A program made the translations under genes and the position numbers. Below, in pieces: positions 23,170-36,187 of a stretch of 64,000 bases of DNA (position 1 is its first letter; every line of letters begins with the position of its first letter). The DNA comes from Amoebidium appalachense (lineage: Eukaryota > Protista > Ichthyosporea), in contig CAVNZM010000005.1 of the NCBI GenBank assembly GCA_963693365.1, forward strand, positions 5,649,167 through 5,713,166, written 5' to 3'. The notes under the pieces are model-generated. The model saw nothing but the letters and a program-made list of their open reading frames with translations. It did not search any database and was not told where the DNA came from.

Positions 23170-24065
23170 CTTGATAATGCGAAACTCAACGTGAGTGTGC
23201 AAGAACTAAAGGTAAAAACGAAGGAGAAAAAAGAGGGCGCTGGACCACAGAAATGGCACGAAAGACAAGTGATTGCTCATGCAATGCCTGCAAAATTGGC
23301 AGCAAAACAACGTCTCCAATGTTTATAAGTTTGAGATGCCTTACTGAGCCTTTTATTAACCTCTGCCTAATCGCGAAGACCTTTTAGCCCTAATTTATCA
23401 GCTGCTTGTTGTTGAACAGGCACCAATGAATTCAAACGTAACACAGTGAGCAATCTCTTTACCTAGATTTACCCCTATTACAGTGTAGTTCTGCTACAGC
23501 TTCAGCATATACACTATATCCTTTTATCCTATTCCCCACCCTTTTTGTCTGCGTGACACCTCAGCCTGATCCCAAGAACGCGAGTTTGCCTACGGGAGCT
23601 CCGTTGCATGCTTTCGCGGGGGCCAACAGTCTATTTTATCTGACGTCATTATGTCTAATAGTTCAACTGGTTTTAGGACGTAATACTTTTGATTTAGGAA
23701 AGTTTAGCGTTAGACTAAAGCCGAGAGTCCGAGACCTGGCTCATGAACATGATTCATGCGCCGCGCCGACAGGCCGAAGTAGATAGAGGTATAACCCTAG
23801 CACCACTTTTTTGGCGGGCCGGGTCCGCATCAGATGTTGAGTCCGACCCGCTCTGACGTGAGATCCGGCGGGTCACGGAGTTGGGTGTGCCGCCCACCCC
23901 GTGATCTGAACGCATCATGACCTGACCTGATTGGGCGATGCGATCGGCCGCATGTGGGTCGCGATGCCCCTTGATCATGTTGGTATGCGCGTTTTCCTGT
24001 CACCCGGCCGCTCGAGCTACCCAAGATGGCCCAACTGCAGGTCCAACTGCTGCCACCTACTGAGA

Positions 24066-24180
24066 TGGCTCCTTATTTTTCCTTACACATTCAGCGAACA
24101 CTGGACTCCATCGAACCGTCGAGGCGCCGCGACAGAAAGCATGCACGCGGTCGCGAGAGTGTAAGGAAAAATCGGAGCCA
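24066..24180. repeat. 115-bp hairpin with ~29-bp imperfect inverted arms
   Basis: TGGCTCCTTATTTTTCCTTACACATTCAGCG vs reverse complement of 24152-24180, TGGCTCCGATTTTTCCTTACACTCTCGCG. Confidence 0.8.
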
Positions 24181-24904
24181 CCAACGATGACTGCATCATG
24201 CTGTCCGGCGATTGGCTGATGTTCAAAGCTGCCCATCTATTGGTCTCTGGTTAATATATGATAATACAGGGTTGACTCAGATGAGATCGCATAATCGCTG
24301 GTGCAGTTAAACCATAGCCCATTTAATCCTGAAAGGCCACAAAACGATGAAACGATCAAAAAGATGACACACAGTATACGTAAGGTTGACGGTGTTAGAA
24401 ACAGGTTACAGACACAGGCACATAGTAAGCAGCTGCAACCGAGAGTATTAATAATAGGCTGCGACCAACGGTTTGTGACGGTGTTAACAGACAGACATAA
24501 GACACACGGAGGAGTCCGGTACCGGTACTGAACGGTCGAAGAGGTTTGAATTCGAGCGGGAATGAATGACGTTATGCATGACGTTATCAATGCCTTGTCA
24601 GCGATTGCATCAAAATCATGCAAAGAAATCAAATTTGCTTCGCTTCGAGCCTTTTCACTGAATGGCTGTTTAATTTTTTTAAAAATTGCCTCAAGGTGGG
24701 GTCAAAACGCACGCGCTGGAATCGAAAGGCAAAACATCCTGGCACACGTATTTCCGAACTGATTGGTTGCATATCATGGTGGTTCGAGTCTAGCCGATTC
24801 GATTGGTTAGGTGACGATAAAACCGTACGTGTGCCCGTCTGCAGCGAACGTAAAGTTCATCGCAGCGCGTGCACACCGTCAGTACGTGTGAGATGCTTTC
24901 TTAG

Positions 24905-25333
24905 AGGAGGCTGAGGAGGAAGCCCAACTGCGGGAGAAAGAAGCCTGGCTGGAAGACCAACTGCAGGCCCTGCACGAAGATGCCCCCTTATGATGAGGAG
25001 GAAGCCTGGCTGGCAGACCGACTACGAGTCCTTCACTTGGTCGATGAAGAAGATCTACGGCAGCAGGGCTTCTGTGCGTGGCCTCGCAACGACGAACACC
25101 CATGCATGTGGAATGAACTCTCATCGGGCTTGTGTCCCCATCACAATCCCTCGGCGAGAGGGCATCAAAAATGCCTCAGCAAGCGTACCAAAATTGGACG
25201 TCCCTGCCGTTGGGTGCTAACGGCAAGCAACCCAGTCTGCCGATATTTTAAACGTCACACTGACGGGAATGTTTATCGCCCTGAGCCCCGACAGCAGCTA
25301 CGCCACTCCGTTGGGCCGGTGGAAAGTTTCTAG
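24905..25333 (+). pseudogene. Exon/gene fragment with two EEEAWL.D.L..LH repeats and two C-x8/9-C-x9/10-C-x2-H-like Zn-finger repeats
   Basis: Acceptor TTTCTTAG at 24904; EKEAWLEDQLQALH and EEEAWLADRLRVLH joined by a frameshift in a C5 run; CAWPRNDEHPC..CPHH and CLSKRTKIGRPC..CRYFKRH. Confidence 0.45.
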
Positions 25334-26052
25334 ACGTGTGGGTTAAAATTTTGGGGGCTGCACTACACTAGTGATCGTGAGTGGGGGCGAAGAGGCGAAC
25401 GAGCTGTAGCTCCAGCGGCAGTAGCTGTAGGATTAGAGGGTAAAGTTTTACAACCAACGGACGAAGGCAAGAATGTTGGTGTAATGGGTAAACCCAACAC
25501 AAGGTAGACAATGTTGCTCGCAGGTGCATGCAACAGGGCAAGCGACTTGGTAGCAAGCAATGAAGGGCGCATACGTAATGAGATATTGCTAAGGATTCCG
25601 AGGTTTGACGTGACCAGACAATATGGTCGACGGAACAAGATAGACTCCTTATGGTCGACGGAACAAGATGGCCCGGGTACCATATCAGGAGCGGGCAATT
25701 TTTGAATTCTCCCTCCCCGGCCCCGCCGGGGAAAATTTGAGGTTTTTGGACCTCAAAGAAGTCAAATCCTGCAAAATCCACTACCGGGAGGCCAAAAAGG
25801 GTGATTTCACAAAAAAGGAGGGTCATACATGAAAAAGAGAAAATGGGCGAGTTCAGTGGGCTGCCGATAAGTATATTTCGTGCTGGGCCGGTATACATGC
25901 TGCCGTGGTTGTTGCTGTAGACGGCAGTATGGCATTGCATGTGTCACGTGACCTGCACGTGAATGCGACCATGTCCAGGCACTGAGTCTAGGGGGATTTG
26001 TGTGTGTGTTTTGGAGCACCGACAAGGCAGAGCCAGGGTGAGGGATGTGTAA

Positions 26053-26202
26053 ACATGGAGTTTAGGGAGATCGTGCTGCTATTGTAACATGTGCACAAAA
26101 CAGCCACGTGCACCACACTCCGGTGTACATGGAGTTTAGGGAGATCGTGCTGCTATTGTAACATGTGCACAAAACAGCCACGTGCACCACACTCCGGTGT
26201 AC
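26053..26202 (+). repeat. Perfect 74-bp tandem duplication
   Basis: ACATGGAGTTTAGGGAGATCG...CACACTCCGGTGT starting at 26053 and 26127. Confidence 0.9.
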
Positions 26203-26621
26203 AGAACAATAATATGCACCTGTGTCACTGTAATATCATGTATGCGCATGCCGCACAAGGTTTAGGAGACCACCACAGTATATACTATTTTCTTTTGGTT
26301 GATATCCATTTAGGAATGGTGTGTTGCAGTTGTCATGATCAGCCTGAGGCAGGCACGTGCACTCACTGAATTGCTAGAACTCATGAATAAAAAATACATT
26401 CGCTAACAACGGCAAGGTAAATTTGGGGCCAAGCTATTATTTCCCCCTTTTAAACGTTTTTTTAGCTCCAAGAACTTCGACGCCAAAATTTCTATATTTG
26501 GCCATCGTATATGATAATAAACACGTGTACGTAAAGTAGTTATATAAATATGAGCTGCCCGTTACAAATACAGTGACGAAAAACAGTGACCCACAAGCAG
26601 TTTTTCTTTCTATCCCCCCCC

Positions 26622-26652
<31 letters not shown>

Positions 26653-27957
26653 ACACACACCAGACACACACACCACCACCACGGTGACCACCACCACCAC
26701 CACCACCACCACTCACCCCCCAAAAAAACCACACACATACGTGCACGTGTACACACACACACAGAACACCACCACCACCTCCACTGGACCCCATTTCCTC
26801 GTTGTTTTCTTAAGCCTTCAGACCAGTCCTGTACACTGGAGTTAAACAATTTAATTCACCTAGGCTGACATGCATCCACCCCTGCCTTCCACTTCCCCCC
26901 CCCCTCCCCCCCCCCCCCCCCCCCCCCCCCCCACCCCCTCCCCCTCAATGAAGAAGGGCCCCCATAAACCTTGGGGGGGGGGGGGGGGGGAGAGGGGGAA
27001 GGGGGGAGCTCTTGAGCCTCCGGGTAGGGAAGTGGGGTCCGGGGATCCGGAGAGGGGGGGGGGGGGGGGGGGGGGAAGGGGCATATAATATTGGGCCTAG
27101 ATATCATAGTATGGGGCCCCGGGGGAGGGAGAGGTGGGAGGGGGGGGGGGGGGGGGGGGGGGGGGAGGATCCACGGGAAAGACCTTTAGGTGCATGTTCT
27201 TATTTATACCCCCTTCGAATCATCCCCCTCCCCCCTCCCCCCCCCCCCCCCCCCCCCCCCCCCCTGAGTGCAGGCCGTGACGTAGCTACGGTAACCCTCC
27301 AGAAGGCAACAAAAATGTATTAATTACTAGCACTGTACATGTGTTCATAGTGCAGCTTGCACCACGTATGATCTCAGCAACTTTAAAGTAGTCACAAAGT
27401 TTAGTTATTTTCATTATTTTCATTGCTCTGAACTCTATTACTCTGAAACGATCCCCGTGCATGTGCCGCAAGATAACAACCCTATATGTGTGCAGCTGCA
27501 GCCTGCAGGTTAGACTCGCTGAAAAGACAATTGTCAGTGTGCATCCGACGCTTGCAGCTGCAGCTGGCCTCTGCAACATTAATACTTGCCAAGTGAATGC
27601 TCTTACACTTGATCATCATTCACTCAAAAAACCGAGGACCGACAGATTAAATATTAATGTCGATCCGAATGATCAGCAAGTGTCTATGTGTACCACTATA
27701 TACACACACACGTAAAAAGCGAAGCTATCAGTTACAAGGCACACTTGCTGCACTGGCACACATACACATACACACCGGCAGATCGATGCTGTCAATATTT
27801 ACTTTCATGTACTTCGTAGGTCCGACACAGGTGCACATGAACACGTACATATGTACAAGCTGCGCACACACCACACCACACATACACACACACACACACA
27901 CACACGCACACACGCACACACGCACACACGCACGCACGCACACACGCACACACGCGT

Positions 27958-27997
<40 letters not shown>

Positions 27998-28297
27998 CAC
28001 TGGGTGCGCTCGCTGGGGATTAGTTTTTTGGCACACTGTTGACTTTATCGTGTGTTTATTATTTGCTATTTATTGGCCAGCGGCCAACATTTAAAAATAT
28101 ATATACCTAAAAATAAATACTGACTGCGGCCAGCAGACATTATACACCTTCCAGGACACATTAACACCAATAGTCTAACACACCATACTCTCGATCACAA
28201 AGAATTACTAACAAACAGAGAAAAGTGCAAAGGCTCTGTACTATTACTCAGATTCTAAATTCTAATTCTTAACAGTAAACTTCGGAATGAAAGCTAG

Positions 28298-28334
<37 letters not shown>

Positions 28335-28413
28335 CATGACTGTACGAAGAACAGGTATAACTTGAAGCGCTACACCACATATGAGATCCGTTACATTGGT
28401 GTACATTCCAATA

Positions 28414-29712
28414 TTAGACACTAGTTTGGCTACTCTGACTACTCTGAGATCCTGTTTGGCTGCCTGCAGACTTGCGGCCACGATTACTTTGCTTTCGATC
28501 GTGCCATTGCAGCTGCGTCTCTCCAGCAGGTGGCAACGCCAGGCCCAGCACAGCAGATGCACGAGAAGGGGGTGGGAACTGCCCACCAGCCGAGGGCTGG
28601 CCCACATGGCCCAAGTAAGGATGGGGACCGTGCTGCGGCAGTAGCCCAGGCATGGGGAAGGCAGGGCCGGGCTGAGGCGGCATGATGCCCCACGGTGGGG
28701 GCCAGCCATGTGGGTGGTGCGGGCCTGGATGGGGTGCAGGGGGCATGTGCGACACATGGCCCTGCTGCATGTCAAGCGCGGGTGCTGGTGGCATAGCATC
28801 CTGATTGGCTGCAACCCAACGTGGGCAGCTCTTGGCCCGATTGGAGCCGGGGCAGCCCTTGCCCTGGCGGCCACACGTCTTGCAGGTCTTGGGGGCTCTC
28901 TGGGGTGGCTGCATAGGAGGGGGCACCGGCAAATCCATCTGCAGGGGCCCCTGAGGGCCAATGTTGCGATGCTTCTTGCCCACACGCATGGGCAAGGGCC
29001 GCTCACGCTGCGCCCCTGCATCGACACCGTCTGGAACAGGGAGGGGTGGCAGGGGGGCAGGCCGTATGGTTGCTGGCACAGCGTCTGCCCTCTCCTCGCG
29101 CATACACTTGCGGTGATCTGCGAGGCCCTCGTGTGTGGAGCGCTGTGCATGTGCCGTCTGCCAGGTCTTCCACTTGTCGAAATGCTTCTTGATGTAGGCC
29201 GCATCCTTCACTGGCTCCTGCGCCGGGGCATTGGCCACACAGGAGAGCGGGGCAAAGTTGAAGTACTCCTCCGGTAGCTTGTAGCAGCCCACGGGTACCC
29301 ACTGGGGGTCGAGGTGATGGCCGTACAGCATCAGGGCCAGTGCCTCCATGTCGTCAACAATCCAGGGGCTGTAGTGGGGGGGGCCCGATGCCTGGCCCAG
29401 GCGGTTGCGGTAGTGTGCACGCAGGTTGTGGCGGTGGCGCCTATTGGACATGGTGGCGTCCAGCAGGCGCAGCGACATGCGTGTGGCCCCAAAGTGGGTG
29501 GCCAGGGGGTTGTGCACTGCCCCCTCCACCTCGTTGGTGCCCCGGATGCAGCGGTAGCGCATGAGCCCATCTGCGTCGGCAGTGGTCTCGTAGTAGAGGG
29601 GCAGGCCGGGGGGGTCCGACAGACAGCCATTTTGGGCGTGTTCGAGCAGCGACTGTGGGGGCACAAGCAAACATCAGAGAGATGGGTGGGTGGTGGTGGT
29701 GGTAGTGTGTGT

Positions 29713-29762
<50 letters not shown>

Positions 29763-29834
29763 TGGGGTTGCTAAGGACAAAAAGGAGCAGGGAAAGGCAA
29801 ACAACAACTGGCTAGGCAGCAAGGGCCGTGCGGG

Positions 29835-29890
<56 letters not shown>

Positions 29891-30492
29891 ATGTTTGGGG
29901 GGGGGGGGGGGGGGGGGGGGAGGGGGGAGGGGGGGGAGGCTAGGGTGTGCGTGTGTGTGCAGATGGACCAAGGATGACAAATAAGCAAAGAATCTTTTCT
30001 GTGGTGGTGGAGTTGTTGGACGCCTGCGGGGGGAGAGGGGGGGGGGGGGGAGGGGGGGGGGGATGTTGCCTCGAGTCTTTCAAAGCCATCCTTCTTGAAC
30101 AGAGGCTTGCCATCCAGTCCGGGCGGCACATCCTTGTAGGTGTTTTTGAACTCCACCAGCCGCGAGACCAGCGTGTATGGGTCGGGAATGACCCGCCGGA
30201 TGCGCTCCATGAAGTAGCTCAGGTCGCCGCCCTTGAGCTCGGTTTCAATGTCGATGCCCTTCTGCTCCAGCACCCCCTGTGAGGCAGGATGCCAATATTA
30301 ATTTACTACGCACATTGCAATTTGGGTTTGGTGGACTTTGATACCTGCCGTTATTGTAGGACCCCTCCCCTCCACCCCCCCCATCTTCTCCCCCAACACA
30401 AGTAAAAAATGCATGTGGCTGTTTCCCCCCACAACCCTACATTGTTCCTCTCTAGGCATATGAATAACCCCCACTCTCCTCCCTCCCCCCCC

Positions 30493-30543
<51 letters not shown>

Positions 30544-33500
30544 TTGCCCCCCCTCTCTCTGAGGCTCAGGCTCGCTCTCTTCCCTCAGAAGTTTTGTCGA
30601 GGGTGTGCATGGTTGTGGGTGGAATGGTGAGTGTGTGCTAATGAGTGTATGTGTGTGCGCGCGTCACGCATGTTGTTGTTGCGGGTTTTGTTTTTTATTA
30701 TTTATTTTTTTTTTTTTTTGGGGGGGGGGGGGGGGCACCTTCACATGTCCGTAATCCTCTTCATTCCACACAAATATTGCCTCGCTGAGTGCGCATGCGT
30801 ACTCAGCCCTGCGGGGGTGTGACTTGTATGTGCCGTCCGCCGTGTTTGCAATGGAGTGGAAGGCGTCATTCAGCACAGTCTGCCACACCACCTCCCCAGG
30901 TGGTGCCTGGCCCAACATGCCCTCTCTGGGAGCTGCCTCGGGTCCCCCTGGGGCTGCCTCAAGGCCCCCCGGGGCTGCCTGGGGGTCCTGGGGGGGTGCC
31001 TGTGGGCCGGCAAGTGGTTGCTGCTGCTCGGCAGGGGGAGGACTGGCAGGGGGAGGGGCTGGGTCAGGGACCACCGGCACCTCGGCACCTGGGTCCGGTG
31101 GGGGCTGAATGGGCCGTAGCCACTGCAGGTGCACCATCAGCTCAAAGGGCGGCGGGCCCAGCTCGCCCACGGTCTTGCCCTTGTCAGGGCCAAAGGGCAC
31201 CTGCATGGCCGGCGACAGCACCTGATCCACCCGCACCACTGCATGCTTCTTGCCCACCTTCATGCCCCCCCAGCGCTCCGGCTGCACAGCCAGCACCACC
31301 CCGGTGGCTGCTGCAGCATGTGGGCCCCGCCTGGGCACAATCTCAACCCCTTCACCGAGTGCCTTTGCATGAAGCCGCGCTGCATGTCATAGAGGGAAGC
31401 AAAAAACTCAGCCAAAAAGCCACAACACCAACGTTTTTCTCTTCGCTCCACAAATATCAAATGCATATTCCTTAGCAACCCCCTTCCCCCCCCCCCCCCC
31501 TTTCTCCCCCCCCCCTCTCCCAGTGCCCAGCTTGTGTGGCACTTGCACGTGTTAACAGTGCTATAGCCCCCCCCCCCCCCCCCCCCCCCCCCACCACCAC
31601 CAATCAGGCTGCCCCCCTCCTTTGATAGCCACCCGACACCCAGCATAACACAACTGGAACACTGGCCCATGTGGTCAGCCACCCCCCCCCCCCCCCCCCC
31701 CCCTCCTCCTACCCCTCCCCCTCTCCTCTGGGGGGCCCACAATCTTTCTATATCTGGCATAAGCACATAAGCACTGGGGCAAAAAGCAGGTGGGATACAC
31801 ACCTGACAGGTTTGGCCTATCGACCACGGCCGAGTAGACCTGCAGGGACGCATATGCATCAAGGGCAGCGTAGGTGGCCTGCACATCTGATAGCGGCTCG
31901 TGCCAGTTGGAGCACCGAACAAGTGCCGGCTTGGGCAGCTTCTTGCCTATGACCTGGGCAGTGATGTCGGCCAAGCCCCGGGCCGCAGAGGTGATAGCTG
32001 CACGGGCGTAGCAGAACCGGCCCAGCTCCAGATAGCTGGCCACAGGGGTGCCGTAGTCCTTGTTGAGGTGGGCCGAGTCCGTGCCGATCTGCTTGCCCAC
32101 CTTGATGATGCTGGGGTCCCTAAGCAGCGCAATCAGCTCGTCCACCAGCCGCGCGGGCGGGCTGTGGTTGGGGCCCATGCGTGCCAAGTGGAAGATGTAC
32201 ACGGCCCGTGCGGTGGCAATCTGCAGCGTGCAAACCTTGGACCGCGCCTGGCCCACCCGATAGACCCACTCGCAGTCCAGCCCCACCACCCGGTGCTGCT
32301 GCCCCTCCAGGTCGGCCCGAATGGCCGCTGTGGCCACCACCGCCCCCTGGCAGTCGGTGTACACCGGCTTAGGGTAGTTGGCCGGCAGCTCCAGCCCAGG
32401 CAGACCGTCCGTCACGCTTACCAGCGCAGCCTCGTTCAGACGGACGGGGCATTTTGGCCGGGCTAGGGTTGGAAACATGCGCTCAACAAACGCCCGGTCT
32501 TGGCAGCACCGATCTGTGTAGAAGAAGGCCGGGCCCTTGCTGTTGAGCGCCGCCGTGGTGGCAGAGATGCGCAGGATCACGGGCTCAATCTCCTGGTGGC
32601 TGCAGTCCCGTGTAAATACCTGCGCCCGGATCTCTGGGGTGCCGCACTGTGTGAGAGGGCATCTCCGAGCAGCCATGCATGTTCTAGCTTCCCTTACCAC
32701 ATGGCCCTTCCCAAGACTTCATGTGCCCACACAATCCTTTCCCCCTCCCTCCCCCCAAACCCATGTGCCCACATACTTTCCCCTCCCTCTCCCCCAAAAC
32801 CCTTCCCCCTCCCTCCCCCCAAACCCATGTGCCCACATACTTTCCCCAGGCCTCCCTTTCCCCCAAAATCTCCCCCCCCCTCCCCCCTAAACCCATGTAC
32901 CTACAATCCTTCCCCCTTCCTCCCCCTAAACCCTTGTGATCACAATCCTTTCCCCTCTCTGCCTTCCCCCCAAACCCATGTGCCCACGATCCTTCCCCAC
33001 TCCCCCTCCTCCCAAACCATGGGACGGCCATCCTTTTGCTCACCAACCATTTTGACAGCCCTCCATATGGCACCTACTGTCCCCCCCCCCCCCCCCCCCC
33101 CCCCACCCCACCCCGGGCCTCTTGCCCTCTCTACCTTCAACCCCCACGGTGGTGTCTCCACCCCCCCCCCCCCCCCCCCCCCTGCATCCCTTGCAATCAC
33201 TGGCCCCTACTCACATTCTGCTTGGCAGAAGCTTGCCCCCCCCCCCCCCCCCCCCCCCCCTCCCCCCCCCCCCGATTCCCCGCCAAAAGAAAGCTCCACC
33301 CCAGCCCACCCCAATCTCTACCCAGCAAAAACACATACACACATATCTGGAGCTTCCTAGTTTTTGCTCGACAGGGCAAGAATTGTCCCCAAAACCCACA
33401 TACTACACACCTCTACTCACAGTGTGTGTTCCCATTAAATGTGGAGCCTAAGAGATTTAAAGGCCCTAGAGGGGGGAGGGGGGTGGGGGGAGGGGGGCCT

Positions 33501-33531
<31 letters not shown>

Positions 33532-33972
33532 GGGGGTGGGGGTGGGGGGGGGGGGGGGGGGGGAGGGGGGAGAGGGGGCCTGGGGGAGAGTGGGGGGAGG
33601 GGGGGGAGAAGAGGAGGGACCACACACCGCCAAGCTCGTTTACACAAGTCCATAGGCCTCGGTACAGAGGCTCCCCATTGATGCCGGTGAGCTTCCCAAT
33701 TTGGAAGGTGTGGTCGGCCTTGAGCACGTTGTTTACGGGCTTGAGCTGCGTGTCCAGGCTCTGGTACTTTGCCGTGCGGTCGCTGAACTCAGTATACACG
33801 GCACTCAGGTATTTGCCTGCACCCCAAATATTGTTAGAACTCCACCACCCTCCCATCAAGGACCATCCCCCCTATTCCCTCTAGTCCCTCGTGTTCATCT
33901 CACCTCTGTATTTTCGTTAGTCTGTATGGCTTTTCCCATCTCAAAAACGCTACACACCCATCTCCGGCCGTT

Positions 33973-34009
<37 letters not shown>

Positions 34010-34181
34010 CCCCCCGGCGCGCGCAAACCCTCCAAGTCATTGCACCAACTTTCACCTTCTTTCCCCTTTATGCCCCATCTGCAGTTTGTCCCCTGCACGT
34101 CCGTTTGCCCTTCCCCCCACACCCTCCTGCCACTACTATAATAACCATTAAGTACCGCCACCAAGATCCAGTCTACCACCA

Positions 34182-34227
<46 letters not shown>

Positions 34228-35964
34228 CTCCCTCCCCCCCCCCCCCCCACCTCCTTCCCCCCCCCCCCCTTCTCCCCCCCCCCCCCCCCCCCCCCCCCCC
34301 CCGCTCTCCACCTCCTTTCCCCCAACACACACAGACACACATGCACACACCCACCATCTAATTTCAGGCATAACAGTTCTACACGATTTCCCAAGCACAC
34401 TCACTGGTACATGGACCGTTATGCTTTCACCCCTCTGATGATCCCTCTGCCCCCCCCCCCCCCCCCGGCCCCCCGCCCCCCCCCCCCCCCCCACCACCAC
34501 CACCACCATGACTGATTGCCACCACCACCACCTAATCCATCACCATGTCCCCCCTCCCCCTCCCCCCCCCCCCCCCCCACACACACACGGACCCACAAGT
34601 ACACACACACTCACAGGCGCACATCCACCACCACACATCCACCACCACCATAATAGAAACTTATTGACCACACTTCCAAAACCCATTTCCAAGTCCCCCC
34701 CCCCCCCATAAAAAAAAAATAAAAAATAAATAAAACAAAACCCTACCAAGCCAACCCAAAAAATGCCCAAGCACGTGCATACAAAACAATGTGGACCATT
34801 TACACACCCAAAATGCAGTGCACACTTGCCTGAAGGCACTTGTCCAGCATAACCATTTTTGTCACCAAACGCCGAGAACTTAGCCGCCTGCTCCTCTGGG
34901 GGAAGTTCTGTCAGGCGCTGGTCGTGGGGGCGGGAAATCGTTACGCTTTTTGAGTTCATACTTGGTCCAATGCAGCGCCCTCGAGTAATACAGGAGCCAC
35001 TGCTCGTCGTATCGCTGCTTGTGGAGCTCCGAGAGGAGGGTGGCAAAGGCGTTTGGGCCCACACCTTTGTCTGCCAGTGCACGCAACAATGTTACCACCT
35101 TTAGGTCGAGCCCACTGCGGTGGCTAAGGTAGGCCGGAAACTGATCACGCATGAAGAGTGGGAGGCGTTTAATTGTCTGGGGGTTTGTGCCGGCAAAGTT
35201 TTTTTGGCATGTGTCACAAAAGTACCGGGCCGTGATAATGTAGTAGCAGCTGTCAAAGTCGATAACACGCCGTCCGACGGGGTTGCTCATGAACCCATTG
35301 CGAGAAGTACGGTGTGGGTTGGGGTGGTTGTGGGGGTCCACGTAGTGATCATCGAAGGGGCAGAGACAACCTTTCCGGAAGCCAGGCAAAACATCTGGGT
35401 TTGTAGAAAGGCGCTGGATACGCCCCCAAATTTAAAGCCTATAATGGGAGGTGGAAGATGCCACCCCACAGGCGTCTTCTCATCTTTGAGACTCTCTTTC
35501 ACTGTGTGCAGGTGCGACTTGATTGTTTCGCCCGCCGCGTCAGAAAACTCCTCTCCACCGTCATCCCCGTCCGTATTATCTTCTCCCTCTTCCTCCCCTT
35601 CATCCTCGTCTACCCGGTACGCATCTGCTGCTGCATTGAGCAGAGGTTCCTCGTCGGGTTGCACCTGTATGTCTGGTGGGTGTGGAGCAGGGGCCCGATC
35701 CATTTCTCTTGGTAACGAATGGACGCCACCTGCCTCAACTACACGGGCCCTTATATCGGCGGCCTTAGATAGAGGGGGCTGTTCGGGTTGTGCGTTTACG
35801 TTTAGTTCCTGCAAAACAGCTTTGTTTGCCTTCCCAAAACCTGCAAAGTTCGCTAAAGGCTGAACAAATGCAGCATCTTTTTTTTTGCGCCCAGCTCCCT
35901 CCCTAGCTCCGCCTGTTTTATGCCCAGGGCGCTGTGTTGTGCCCTTAGGGCAGCCTGGCTTCAT
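28414..35964 (-). CDS. DDE-type transposase-like protein (DUF6729-like N-terminal region; Mutator/ISL3-like D-D-DxxH-E signature) with inserted WRN-like DEDDy 3'-5' exonuclease and C-terminal Cys4 Zn finger; exons 35964-34830, 33816-33628, 32633-31803, 31379-30739, 30276-30070, 29652-28414; frameshifts in exon 1
   Basis: KADHTF (D1), NELGEIR, FYTDRCCQD (D2), exonuclease VVGLDCEW / GTD / YAALDA, VLNDAFH (DxxH), LSDPPG, YRCIRGTNEVEGAVH (E), CKTC..CPG..C. All five junctions restore frame and conserved motifs (two need GC donors). Confidence 0.85.
32715..33020 (+). repeat. Intronic minisatellite, ~7 degenerate CCCAAACCCATGTGCCCACA.ACTTTCCCC units
   Basis: Seen directly. Confidence 0.75.
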
Positions 35965-36099
35965 TTTAAACACTTGGGGCCTGGCCCCCTGCCCCCCTAG
36001 TGCGACTACGTTACCGCAAACATTCCCGTATTCCAGTGTGCTCGGCAATGCTGCTCATGGCCTTCCCGGACTGGTTGTGACCAGTAACCCCAATGTAAT

Positions 36100-36187
36100 T
36101 TGATTCACATTGAATGTGAATCAATCTTGTATCCCGGGAATTTTGGAAAATCGGTCAATTAGGGTGATTCACATTAAATGTGAATCA
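36100..36187. promoter_or_regulatory. Two palindromes TGATTCACATT-N-AATGTGAATCA (36100-36124, 36165-36187) just upstream of the transposase ATG
   Basis: Perfect 11-12 bp arms with a 1-nt spacer; function (transposase-binding/subterminal site) is inferred. Confidence 0.6.

Noticed and set aside
27265-27279. GGCCGTG as the right TIR of the P element
   Set aside because: Only 7 bp match the left end, no TSD, and it would enclose an unrelated host gene.
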